From: Podarcis filfolensis
Taxonomy: Eukaryota
DNA length: 64,000 nt
Strand: one strand, 5' to 3'
Assembly: GCA_964270895.1 (NCBI GenBank)
Contig: OZ185439.1
Under the pieces are notes generated by a model. The model searched no databases, was not told where the DNA came from, and saw only the letters and a program-made list of their open reading frames with translations. A program made the translations under genes and the position numbers. Positions 11,029 to 24,319 of the stretch are shown piece after piece. Within the stretch, counting starts at the first letter, position 1. The number at the start of each line of letters is the position of its first letter.

Positions 11029-12733
11029 GTAAGAAGTGCCTTTTTCCTTCACATCAACTGTCTTTTGTTTTATTGTTGTTCCTACTGTCATCAGCTTTCT
11101 CTTTTATTTATCTGGCTGTATCAGAGGGGGCTACCCTCAGAGCACCGCTTTGAATGTGTTTTATTTGTGATTCCAGTTGAAATCGACTGTCTTGTTCTGG
11201 CTTTTCTTAATGATTTTCTCCCCCTCCATACGCAGCATCAGTAAATCTTTGATCACACTCATCTGACCTGCCGGCTGCTCCCATAGTATCTTCACACCAA
11301 TTCATTTTTCTTTGGTCTAGACATTTTCGCTCTCTCTCTCTCTTGCTTTGCTTTCCTTTAAAAAAAAATCTAGCCACCTGTCAATTTGACTGACATGTCT
11401 TAACAGCTCTCAGAGGAGTCAAAGAAGAAATAAGAGACATTTTAGGTGGGGGAGAAAGAAACTCCAGCATCAGCTCTTCCCTTAAGCTGTTGGTTTGTTT
11501 TGGGGGCCCACTTTCCACACAAAAGCTAAGGGTTCTGATGTCCTGAAACCAGCTAAGCTTCTAAACAGGCTTCTCTGGGAAAGTGAAATTTTGATTAGCA
11601 CTTCCTGTGGCAAAGTCCTGCACTCTTAAACCAATCCTACCTCTAGTCCCATCTTAGCTCAGAGACATTTCATACTAATCCTAGCAGGAGAATGTAGGCC
11701 AGGACGATAAAGCTATTGAGGCTTAGCCTTGCAACGTTCACATTAGATTTTGCTGCGATTCGGAAATTGTCACCATGTAAAAGGTGGGAAAGCTTTTGTG
11801 TCAGGTATTAGCCTTGTGTGAGTTATTAGTCTTTCAAGTCTGCCAGTAGGAAGTGGTATATACAATGCTGCTGAAGATTGTGCCTTGGTTTAATTTAGCA
11901 TTTGAAAACAGACTCTTGTCTTCCCCAAAGGTCCATTTTTGAAGCGGAATGTACTCTCTCAAATAGACATTTGCTTCAAAAAGAATGTTAAACAAAGCAA
12001 TTTTGTTATTCATTGACTATAAGACACAGAGGGATTTTTATAAATGGAGAGTGTCAATTCCCAACTGCAGCCTCACGTTCATCCTTTTAGTGTGAACTAG
12101 GCTCATACATGTTGTGGCCAAAATTTGCCTGGGATAAGGGAGTGCTCATAATAAGGCATGTAAAACAGATCGTAGTGTTTCTGCTGTATAATATTAGGAT
12201 CAGAGAATATGGGTCCATTCCTTTCTGACCATCTTTTTTAAAAAAACAAAAATGAACCACTTGTAGTCTGCTTTGATGGCCTCTGGTCATGAAGCGGTTT
12301 ATAAATCCATGAAATAAATAAAGCAAATCTTCATCACACTGATCCTATTTTTTCAGATACGGTTTAATTTCAGGTGAAATTCCTCAAATGTGCCACACCA
12401 GGTCTATTATAGGAAGCCATCTGGGCCTTTACTTGTCTTTGAGCTGAAACAGTATTTTGTGTGATCTCTATTGTGTAATGTAAAGCTGGAGTTGTTCCCT
12501 CCTACTGACAAGGCAATCTTGGCTGTGCTCCTGATGATACCAAGAAACTCCTCATATGAGAAAGTTATTTCACCTTTTGGGACATTCACATTTCATAACA
12601 ATCAGCTGGTGTTTGTTTCTTTGTTTCCTCTCCCAACACTCATTTCAAACACCCATTTAAACTCCATTCTCACCAACCCACCTATGTTTCTGGGGACACA
12701 CACACAGACACACTCCCTCCCCCCCCCATGTAG

Positions 12734-12958
<225 letters not shown>

Positions 12959-13814
12959 TGAAACCTGCCATTTCAACCTGCCATTTCAACCACAGCTCTG
13001 CTGGAAAACAGACTGCTCCTTTTGCCTAACCTTGTATGTCTCACTCTGCCTTTACATCCTTAACTTTTCGATCAGTGCTGGTAGAAGTAGTACAGTCAGA
13101 AACCAGTGGCTCATAGGTTGTAGAGAACACACAGCTTTTCAGCTGGGGAAACACCTCCCAGTGCCTCATTTGCCTTAAGAACTACAGTGGGGACAAACAA
13201 GCAAGGTGGTCTGAGAATAGGTTGCTCAAGTGCCCTTGTGACATTAAGCTAAGCCTCTGTCCTTCAGCCCACAACTAGTTGCATGGTTGAAAACACCCAC
13301 CTCTAATTTTGCTCCATGCTGTGTAATTCAAATGTTGCCTCAGCTCACGTGTGCTGCCTACATCCAGGATGGAGAATAAATGTTGCATGCACAACAGGCC
13401 TGGAACTGCTACTGTAGGAACAAATGGCTGCAGGAGTGGTAAGACACAGGGACTCATTCTGTACGCTATTTTGGACCTCCCCCACCCCTTTAAAGAATCC
13501 TGTCCAAAATGCAAGGATGTTCCCATATGGCTACAGATAAAGTCACCTAAAATGAATGCAGGTAAGAAGCAGGTAACTGAGGAAGGAGGCAGTGGATAAT
13601 TTGGGGGGTCTCAAGAGAAAGACAATATGCAGAAGCCAGCCATCCAGCCAAGGAGTTGTGCAGGGATATGGCCAAGTACGGGCCTCACAAGAAACACAGC
13701 TGAGGAAGTAAGCAGTTCCCTAATGAGGTAAGTTATCATATTTAAGAGTGAAGCTATCCTTTCATTCACAGTCCTTGAAGTAGTGGATGTTTAGATTTTG
13801 CAGTATGTGGCTTT

Positions 13815-13965
13815 ACTGTGCAACGAGCACCTTTTTTGACCAAATTACGCAGCGAAAATTAGGGTGCGCATTAGATTTGATGGCGCATTTACATTCAGCA
13901 GCAAATATGTCTTTGGTTTCAAGGTTTTGAAAATCGAGGTGCGCATTAGATTCGTGTAAATACAG
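13815..13965. mobile_element. Second copy of the 35473 Tc2-like MITE, left end degraded
   Basis: Shares CAAATTAC..GAAAATTA.GGTG..CATTAGATT and TTTCAAGGTT.TGAAAAT.GAGGTG with 35473-35656, in the same orientation. Confidence 0.75.
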
Positions 13966-14059
13966 TGTTTTACTTTAGTCAATTAGTCAAAAACAAGGCA
14001 ATCCATCTAATAAAATTTTCTTTTTTTTAACATTGGTTGACAGCCACAATGATTATTTT

Positions 14060-14122
14060 TGTAAAGTGCTTAGAGGTTTCCTTACAATCAAGTGGTATGC
14101 AATTTTTGTTAAATAAAATATA
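14060..14122 (+). mobile_element. L2-type LINE 3' tail
   Basis: TGTAAAGTGCTTAGAGG...CAATCAAGTGGTAT...AAATAAAATA. Confidence 0.6.
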
Positions 14123-17006
14123 ACACAAGTCTTATACTTTCCTGCTGTTCAGAAATATTATCAGGTGATAAACTACTCTCTTGGTTTATCTTATGATTAA
14201 ATCATGCAATACTGTACAAATCTGTGTGGTAGATTTATCAGATAAATACATTAGATTATTTCTGCTCTGTTTAGAGTTCACTCCCTGTAACATCACTAGC
14301 TTTAAGATAATGACTTCAATTCAAGACTGTCAGCATTTGGAGATCCATTATATTTTAAATAAACTATACAAATAAAAATGCATTTCTGTAATACTGACAA
14401 AAAACAAATACTCCAGCACTGGAGTTTCTCTTTAAGCTACTCTATGCAAACTAGCAAATATTTTAAATGTGGCAGCCTTGACACAGAAAATGATAGTTTT
14501 AGAATAATTATAAATGAAAGGCAAAATGCTATTAGAATGTATTAAAGAGCTCTGTTAATTTTCAGTTAAATTTTCTGTAAGAGACCAATTAGTTTAAGAA
14601 GCATGACAGCATTAATGGTGAACCATAAGATCTTGTGATTATTTTACTTTTAAAAAGGAGGGGGGATTTTACAAAGCAGGCCCCAAATAGTTGTGCTCTT
14701 TCAAAAGAGTTTTGATGGAATGCAAAAAAAAGGGCTAGGTGGCACTGCAAGCTCAAATATAGAGACCTATCTTTTGCCCAGGTTATAGTAAGCCAGGGTT
14801 GTGCTTACCTTTGTCCCTCATGCTGGAACAATTGCAGATAGACTCACATGATTATCTAGTTAGCAACTGTGGCTGCAAATTAAAAGGTCTTTACTCTTGA
14901 TTGCTACACAGCCAACAGCAGGAATTTGGCCTAAAAGGATTCTGCTAAACTTAATCACCTTTCTAAATGCATTCAGATTTTTTTCCTACTGCGAGTAGCA
15001 GATTCAGATTGCATCACCTCTTTCATGGATCGATCAGAAAATAGTTTTCTAGTTAATTTTTCCTTATGTGTCATGTCCAAAGACCTTACTACATAGTAAA
15101 ATGTTACTTAGAATGTTTGAAGCTGCCACAAGATTTTCCTCCGTTATTTTAGTAGTAGCTGTTGTAATCTAAGAGCTAAAGATTAGCTCCTACACCCTCA
15201 AAGAAAAAGCAGGGTTATCAAACATTGAAATTCAGTCAATGGAATTCCAGGAATTTCAACAGATGCATCTTTTCCTACTTCTACCAACTGTGAAATATGC
15301 AGGAGCCCAAGCCACAGTAGGATAAGTAGCAGGCATAGCTCTCTGGATATTAAAATACTCAACCTGGTTCTGGAAAGAGCATCTTTTCAGAACAGTGTGA
15401 GGTCTCTATGATGCTAACTCTAATCCCTTCCTGTTGAAACTCAAACCAGCAACCATCTTCTTATCCGAAAGCAGCAGCCTTGCTGTCCATAGTGTGACCA
15501 GAGACCAAGAGGGACGGGGCTTCTGTACCTTTTACAGTGGGGGGGGGGGTCTGGCAGGGACGCACTTGCCAGAACTCCCTATTCTACACGGCCATTCAAA
15601 GGTGCAAGCGCCCCCCCCCCTGTTGAATCTGGTTTCCCTAGCAACCACAGAAAGTGCTGAAACAAAAGCCATAGGACTGCAACAACAATATATTGATAAT
15701 CAGGAGTTCACAATCAAGTAGACAAATATCACAATTGCAAAATGAACATTTCAGCAAGGCTTAAAAAACCCCAAAACTATATATCACAAAAATAATTATT
15801 ATTTCACTGAAGAATGCTCTAAGCAGCTGACAACAGACAGGCTTCTAGATAAGGTCCTGTTTCAAAGATCTTTCTCAGATGGTAACACATCAAAAATGTT
15901 TCAATGTCCTGAATGGAGTTTTTGTAACTCGGAGGATTCAGAAATGTTTATATCTCTAAAGATGTTATTTGAATCTAAAAGGGTGGTATTATCCAAGCCA
16001 GTGGAGTAGAGCTGTTAACAAAAATGTGCCTGCTAAGCACAATTGGAGGATTCTTCCCATACGAATAATTTGAGGGATGCTAAGGCACCATTGATTTGCT
16101 TACTACTGAGCAGACATGTATAGGATTGTGCTGTAGAAGTTTTTCCTGGGTTGCCATCCAATTTTTCCTGAAGCAATTGCCACATATGTGACCAATACAG
16201 CAGTCCTTGTTAGGATTAGAGATAATTCTCTTTAAAAATAAAATAAAATACTGTCCTCCACCAGCCATAGATTGCAGCTACTTAAGGAAGCCTTTTGCAA
16301 CCCGACATGTGCACTTTTAAATGAACTTCCTTCCGCTGGCGTCTAATTAATATTTAAAATGCCCATTGTTTTGCCTGAGAGACCAGAGCAGCTACTGATG
16401 CTGGCAAAATGTCACTGTGGAGAAAATCTTCCCTAATAAACTACACTTACCCCATACCCTAGAGTTTTTTAAAAGGACCAGCAGGACCCTAAACTCATCA
16501 TACATTTATCTGGAATGAACTCAAAATGTTTAATTGATACATGCTTGTGTCTGAACACTGTCAAGTCTCGTAATAAGATGTTTAGTACAATACAGCGGGA
16601 AGACAGCTCGAGTCCAGCAACAGTAATAAGTAATGACACCCGAAGCACAGAGGCGGCTCCCCAATGGATTGGTGACAAGTATAAAAAGGCAATCTAGCCT
16701 GTGTAAGCTTTAAATGTGGTCTGGATTTTTACAATTACATGTCCTAAAGGCTGTTATTAGACATGAAGGCAATGAGAAGGAAGGCAGTCATTGCTTCACC
16801 ACTAACACCAATTATAGGAAACATAAATGATTTACATTTTTGTTCTTTAATAAAAATCAGTCCTGAGTTGGATTTTTAAAAAATAAAATAAAAAGGGGGG
16901 GTTTGAGCAGAAGCCTAATGGGACAGAAGAAAATAGAGTAATTGGGGGCTGCTGTCTTTTCACTTCCGATGAGAAATTATTTGAAGAGACAAGCCAAGAA
17001 CTTTAA

Positions 17007-17378
<372 letters not shown>

Positions 17379-17539
17379 TAAAGGCAGTGTTTCTTTGAGT
17401 ATCAAATTTTGGGGTTCTTTGCTGCAGTGATCTGAGAATTGGCAGCTGGAAGACTTAACCCATCTCCCAGATATTTTCCAGCTGTCCCCTGACAAAATCA
17501 CCATTCCTCCTCCCCCACCCCTGGCAAACCCTCTTCTGC

Positions 17540-18150
17540 ATTAGATCTGCATTGCACTCTGCCCCTCATACCAGTCCTGGGCGATATATTGATAATATTG
17601 GCCAGTACTGGTATGAGGGGGCTGAGTGCAATGGCAGTTTCACTCAGGGATATATTGCTCGTGAAACCGCCACTGCGTCCCTCTGCCTCCAGCGCCCAGC
17701 TGAGGGAGAAACAAGGGGAGCCAGGCGCTGGAGGCAAAGGAAGTCAGGAATGGTGGTGGTTTCACCAGCGATATACCACTGAGTGAAACTGCCACCGCAC
17801 TCTGCCCTCATACTGCCGCAGTGGGCCCTCGCCTCAGCCAAGCTGTTTTACAGAGCGCCTGACCCGCCACTGGCTCACATGAGCCAGCAGCGCAGTGGGG
17901 TCTCCATTAATGTGCTCTCCCCTTTCCGGCTCCCGGATTGTGGTTGTTTAGCTGGGGAGGTGCAGGCTCTGTCATACTTTTCCATTGGGGGGGCGCAGCT
18001 GCACACCCCTCAATGGAGATGTTTACACCTCCAGCTCGTGCAGAGGCAGCCTAACTTGGCTACGGCCTGACTGGCTTTGTCTGGGAAGGTGGGCTGCATC
18101 TTTCCTCCCAGAAAAACGGAGCCCACCATCCTGCGCTAAGACAGCCCTGC
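17540..18150. repeat. Unclassified GC-rich multi-hairpin repeat, copy 1
   Basis: Inverted arms 17551-17575/17607-17632 and about 17610-17696/17724-17814. Shares motifs with 18893-19310. Confidence 0.7.
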
Positions 18151-18632
18151 CTTGCAGACTTCACCCCGGAGGATGGACTTCGTCTTTCCTCCTGGGGTGA
18201 ACAACCACCCCGGGGAAAGAGGCAGCATGCTTGTATGGGTGAAGGCAGTTAAACACTACTGTCGCCTGGTCCATATTTGGGGAGTGGAAGGCGAGCGGGC
18301 AGCCCCCCATGCCAAGGAGCCCCTGCCACTAACACACGAGTGGCAGGGACCTCAGGGCTGGCTCGGCGGGGGGTAGGAGCCTTTCCGCCCCCCCCCCCAA
18401 CTCAGCTGGGGCCAATGCAGCTTGAAAGTGAATCGCCATTGCAGTGTTTTGCCAAACATCACGGTTTGGCAATATATCGCGATGTTGAAAAAAATAAGCT
18501 GCATTGGCCCACGAGGCACCAGGTGAAATTGCTGCAGCTCTCACTGCGGGAGTGCAGGCGCTTTCATCCAGGCGCTCACGGGCTGGGAAAACGCAGCCTC
18601 TTTGCGCAGCTTAGCTGAGGAAGACGAAGGTT

Positions 18633-18872
18633 CTAACATATAGAATAAGAGAACAAGAAGAACATATATTTAAAGGAGATTGGAAAATGTTTATTGAATA
18701 TATGGAGGAAAATTGTTTTTGAACACGTGGGCAGCATTAAGATAAATTCAACAGTGTAAATATGCAGGGATTTATATTGTACAAAATGAGCCATGGAAAG
18801 AGAGGAAGAGAAGTCATTGATATCTTAAGGTTGGTTAAAACAGAAATTTAATAAAATTGTATTTTTAAAAAA
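18633..18872 (+). mobile_element. 5'-truncated L1 3' end (different subfamily)
   Basis: Translates LTYRIREQEEHIFKGDWKMFIEYMEENCF. AATAAA at 18850 and a short A-tail follow. Confidence 0.75.
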
Positions 18873-18892
18873 GGAAGGTTCCCCCTCACTAG

Positions 18893-19310
18893 GTGAGACA
18901 GCCCTGGTGCTCTCCCAGGAGCATCAGGGCTCCTTTAACTGCTCGGCTGAGGCAAGGCAGCTGCACACTCCTCAGTCGAGCAGTTTAAAGATGCAGAGGG
19001 AAGAACAAGCTGTATCAGCACCTCACCATTACAGCTTGTTTCTCCCTCAGCGTCATATGAGGACAGAGTGGGATGGTGGTATTTCTCAGTGGTATATCGC
19101 TGGTGAAACCGCCACCACTCCTGAGTCCCTCCGATAGGAACGCCCGCTGGAGGAGGGAACTCTTGACTCCCTCCAGTGGACACTGCTAGCAGAGGGACTC
19201 AGTCAGGAGCAGTGGTGGTTTCACCAGCGATATACCACTGAGAGATACCGACATCGTGGTCTGCTCCTCATACCAGTCCTGGGTGATATATTGCCCAGGC
19301 CTACTGGTGA
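18893..19310. repeat. Unclassified GC-rich multi-hairpin repeat, copy 2
   Basis: Perfect 26-bp inverted pair at 19085-19110 / 19217-19242 plus nested inner stems. The same 26-mer occurs at 17758-17783. Confidence 0.7.
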
Positions 19311-19744
19311 TACACCACAATGCTGAAAACCCACATCATCCAGCCTTATTCTGCATCACAGGAAATGTTGTCCAGATTAGCTGGAACCTAGGCAAAATAC
19401 CCAAACAACCCTCTTCCAACTGTTAATGGCAGCAAAGAAGAGCTTTTTACTTACGTACCTTGGCCGCTGGCTTCCGAGTGCAACCGAAGACATAGCAAGG
19501 GAATAGTGGAGTAGCCCAGGGACCTTTTTAGATGTGGCACCATCATTAGGCAATGTCCTCCACAAGGTAGGCACACACACTCCCCAGCCCTGTTTTACCT
19601 TCCTTGTAAGTCACCTTATTAAACATGGTTCTGTGGGGAGGTTTCTAGTTGTCCCATCTGCTCTGGCTTGGGTAAATTCATATTTTTCTAGTGCTGTTTG
19701 CTATATTGCTGCTGTTACAATTTGCCATATCCAAGTGGGAGATT

Positions 19745-19873
19745 TTTATAGAGTTGGAAGGGACCACGATGGTCATGTATTCCAACCCCCGCAGTACTGG
19801 AATCTTTTGCCCAATGTGGGGCTCAAACCTACAACCCTCAGATTAAGAGTCTTGTCCTCTACTGACTGAGCTA
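19745..19873 (-). mobile_element. Short SINE with tRNA(Lys-like) head and CR1-type 3' tail
   Basis: Reverse complement TAGCTCAGTCAGTAGAG...CTCTTAATCTGAGGGTTGTAGGTTTGAGCCCCAC, then GGGGGTTGGA...GGTCCCTTCCAACTCTAT (CR1 3' end). Confidence 0.8.
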
Positions 19874-21724
19874 TTATTTTCTTCCTGGAATGGATGCCTC
19901 CTACTGGAGGCATCAGGCAGGTTCCTCTCCATCCTTCAAGGGGAAGGAGTCATCCCTCTAACCAGACTAGCCCTCCCTGTGGTCAAAGAAATTTAAACTG
20001 GAACTAGGGTTGGCAGTGGTGATAAACTTGAACTGGGTTGTAAACGTGCCAGTAGCTCAATGTGACTGAATGGCCCTTTATATAAAAAACAGAAAACAAA
20101 TGTTGAGGAGAAAGGACTCACTGACCTGTCAATTCTTTATGTGCTTCATACATGGCTTTATATTCTTCCATAAGAGCTCCCCATCTGCATCTGGTGTGTT
20201 TCAAACCTGACCTCTGTGAGAATTAGGCATCTCCATCTTCTTCAAGATTTCTTTACCCAAATCATCATCTTCAAGATTTTCTTTAGGCTGTAAATATAAA
20301 CAAGCACAGCCTAAACTTAGACACAGGGTTTCTCCATCAGTTCAAACCTTGAACTACCAGCCATCAAGTGTAGAAATTGAAGTCATGTACATATAGAGTA
20401 ACATCAAACAGATTAAGTATGTCTAACCCCAATGGGCATACACTTGATTCTCCCTCCCCTTATTGTTCTGACCCATCTTAATCAGGTACCCACAGGGACA
20501 AGGCAGGTCAGTGGCTGGAGCATCACAAGTCACTCCATACTTGGTTCAACAAAGGCCAGAGGTGAACTTAGGCCTGCTAGGTCTCTTCCACCACCAGTTG
20601 GACAGATAAGGTAGCACGGGAAGTGGCACTGAAACCCCAACATCAGGAGCCTGATCAAATTCCCCAGTTGGTAGCATAGCAGCTCTGGACTTGGCTGACT
20701 CCTCCTCTGAGCTTGAGGCGATGACACCTAATTTGTAGAAGGGATAATCCCACAAATGGGAATACACAAATGCCCATGTACTTACCTAAACAAAGGTTAC
20801 ATTCTATGTGAGATGGGAAGCACATGCGCAACCCTGCTGCCCCTTTGCACAAATTGGATCCTTGTGAAAAACCAGTTTTGACTACCCCCATGGTTCTCGC
20901 AGTATGTGGGGGTCACATACTGCTGTTACTTATACAGATGATACTGAAGCTGGAAGTTTGATTCGTCATATATATGAACCAGTTTCTGTATCTGCCATAC
21001 TGAATGCCCGTTGAGTCCCCTAATCAAAACAAATGCTTGGCTTGGAGACAAAAGACAATTTTGATAGGTGGCAAACTTCAGTTACAGACAAACACATCCT
21101 CCCCTTCTCTAATTTCCATTTTTTTCAGGGCTAAAGAAAGGGGGGGATTCTTACCTACTAAGTGTTAATCTCCCCAGTGAAATCCAAACTATCTTGGTGA
21201 AAATTGACAACATAGTTAAATAAACTGAGCCATATGACACAGTAATTTGCAAGACCGGAGCAAGTTAGGAAAAGTCACACCTTCTTAATCATCCAGTAGT
21301 TCAGACTACATTGCTCTTAATTTGTGGAATAGGTGTTCTCTGGGCCCCAAGCTTACATGTTCAATTAAAATAAGAGTCAGTCACTGTTCCCAGTCCAGGT
21401 TGGGGTTTTTGTGAGGGTTTTTTTTTTTGGGGGGGGAATACAATCACTGGGATCGGACACATTCCCATGCACACATTTATTAGCTGGTTTCAAGATTAAA
21501 TATTTAAATTAGACAGCTCCTTGACTAATTGTTTCTCACTCGTGACAAGTAAACAACAGATTGCCTCACACCTTGTCCCCTTGGCACAGAACTACGGACT
21601 TAAAAAATATCCCCCTCCATACATCCTTTCATTATCACTGTTGCAACGGAGGCTGAAGGGTGGGGGGTGGGAAGGAAGTGGAGAACAACCTCTTAATTCC
21701 TTTCTTCTCCTTTTTGTCTCCTAG

Positions 21725-21907
<183 letters not shown>

Positions 21908-24069
21908 TAAACTTCACCACAGCACCAAGTGTTGGCTAATGGTAGTAAGGCAGGTGCAAGCATTCACATTTTCCCAGAAAATCTATGGGATTGGGAGGCT
22001 GGATGTTGAAGGAAAATGTTTTGAACACAACGGCCTTGCTCTGGAATATAGCTTTGCCTTATATCTCTGGGTTTTGTTTCACTGAGTTTAACCCCATTTT
22101 GTAAGTATGAAGCATCCCATGGTTTTTTCGCTATGTGGGTTCACTACCACTGATCATTTCCTGAATATAGTGAACTTCCATGTTTATCAGGAGACCCCTA
22201 ATGCATAGGATAGCCCTGCATAATAGTACTCCTTCAGTCGTCTTAAGAGTGAAAAAAATATATGGGCAAAGATTAAACCATTCTTGGGTTCACACACTTT
22301 CTCTCCCCCCCCCCACATCAAACCTGAGGAAGTGCACTGTATAACTTGAAAGCCTAAAGGGTATTATTTTAGCAGCTTCATTTTTTCCTAATGTACTAGT
22401 AGAACAAGCTGATTTTGAACTACAAATAAATAACTAAAGAACTGTCACCAGTTGATCACAATGTACCAGAATACTTCACTAGTGAGTTAACTGTTAATAA
22501 GCCATGTGTTTTTTTAGAAGATGTAGAAAATATATTCCCTTCCTTGCTCCAAATAACCCCAACCTATTAGTCCAAAGTTGCAAAGGTGACTGAGATATCT
22601 GAAGTGGTACCTTCTCTCATTTGAACCTGTCTGTGTGCAGAGAGTGTCATCAAAAGCCCAGCTTTAGATGCCCCTGTTGTTAGAGGTGAGGCAAGTAGGG
22701 ACCAGGGGCAAGCATTTTCTGTGGTGATGCCCTATCTCTAGAATTCCCTCTCCCCCCTCCCCGAAGCTCATGTGTTTCTCCTTTTCCAGCAACAGGTAAA
22801 ACTTATTTTGTTTCTCTGGGCTTTTGAAATGGGAGGATAACTTTTTAAAAAAACTACACAATTATTACTGTTAAATTCCTGACATGGCTGTATCTGATAT
22901 TCTCAACATTTGAATGTTGTACGTTTGTTGGGTAGAAACACGAGATATGGGTAGTTTAAATAGATAAAGTAAATGAACAAACACCACCGGTGAGCAAACA
23001 CATACAAGATTTCCCCATTCTGTTTCCCTCTTAACAATTGTTTTGCCTCCAAAGTAGGCGCAGGATTTAAAGCCCCTGCAATTCTCAGGTTAGCAAATGA
23101 GATACAGCAATAGGTTAAAACTCACAGTATGGAAAGAGGGTCAAGGAAGAGAAACGGGCGAAGGAAATTAGGGAGAAGGGAAGACTGAAGGTATGACTTA
23201 CAGCAGATAGGGTTCAGAGGCAAACAACAAAAAATATCTGAACTGAACTGATCAAAAGAGTCACAGATTGCAGGACAAGCTGTCTTCCCCAACCTGTCTA
23301 CTGTGGCAGAGCATATTCCAAAAAGGGGGGCTGCCACAAACATTAGTGTATTACAGGTAACTGCTTCCAAGACAAAATGACTTGTTCAGCCCACTTTTCT
23401 TACTTTATAACACTCTCCTCACCTGCCTATCAGCTTTTGGATCTGTGTCCTACAGACATGGCTGCAGGGATAGTAAGACACCTTTTCCCAAACCTGGCAC
23501 CCTCCAGATGTTTAAGCCACCTCAGTGATGCTCACCCTTTGAACTACAAATGGCCTCAGCTGTTTTCTGTCTCTTGTGCTGATGCAAATATCCTTTCCCT
23601 GAATGCATTAAGATGGGAGGATGTTGCATTATTTTGGTGGTGAGAGATGCGCGGAAGGCTACAGAGAAATTACAACAGGTTTATTGAAAATCTAGGGGCA
23701 TCTCTTGAAGTACCTTGGATGTCTTGTGTCAAATTCCGACTGACAAATATAACTCAGAGATTTGCTGAACCACCACCACCACTACCCTGAAAACGCTTGT
23801 TTCTTCTATGGATTCCACCAGCAGTACATTTCAAAGTCAAGGCCCTCACACATGTTGTTGGGAACCATTACTGTAGTGCTGTGGGATGGATGCATGAAAA
23901 AGCAGCTCCCCACAACACTACTGCAGCCTTTATCAGATACCTATGCAATGACTGTACGAAGCTCACTCCCTTCCTTTCAGCGTGAAAATGTCAAGCTGAT
24001 GATATTATTTGTGTAGAGCATGGAAACCTCATGGAAAGGAAATAAGACGGCTGTTCTTTTCTTTTTCAG

Positions 24070-24319
24070 TTTTGTTATAGCCAACCCACCTTATGAGTTT
24101 GAGCTTGTGCCGACAGACTGGATCTTCTGTTTGATGCAGTACGACCACAATGCTGGCCAGTCCCGGGCTAGTCTCTCCCATTCTTCCCATTCCTCCTATA
24201 CGTCTAGCAAGAAAAGCTCATCGGTTCATTCTATCCCAGCAACCGCAAACCGACAGAATCGAACTAAGACCAGGGACTCCCGGGAAAAGCAGAAGTACGT
24301 GCAGGAAGATAGACTTTGA
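24070..24319 (+). CDS. KCNMA1: KCNMA1 exon with internal donor at 24294/24295; read-through form ends ...[10 protein letters not shown] (ERL-type tail)
   Basis: ctttttcag|T. Translates (R)[74 protein letters not shown]. Donor CAGAA|gtacgt follows, or read-through to TGA at 24317-24319. Confidence 0.98.

Noticed and set aside
12961-12992. Short tandem duplication (AACCTGCCATTTC) after the calcium-bowl exon
   Set aside because: It is an ordinary slippage duplication outside the splice signals.
19800-19873. tRNA-like sequences (also 1860-1920 and 47230-47304)
   Set aside because: They are SINE heads followed by LINE-derived tails, not complete cloverleaf tRNA genes.
20899-20924. 9-bp perfect hairpin CAGTATGTG...CACATACTG as a Helitron end
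   Set aside because: There is no CTRR terminus at the expected distance. The isolated short stem (like 19893-19914) is compatible with chance.
24295-24319. QEDRL instead of QEERL as a novelty
   Set aside because: QEDRL is the known chick form of this tail, so it is probably the sauropsid state. The same may hold for [10 protein letters not shown] and the 28-aa cassette.
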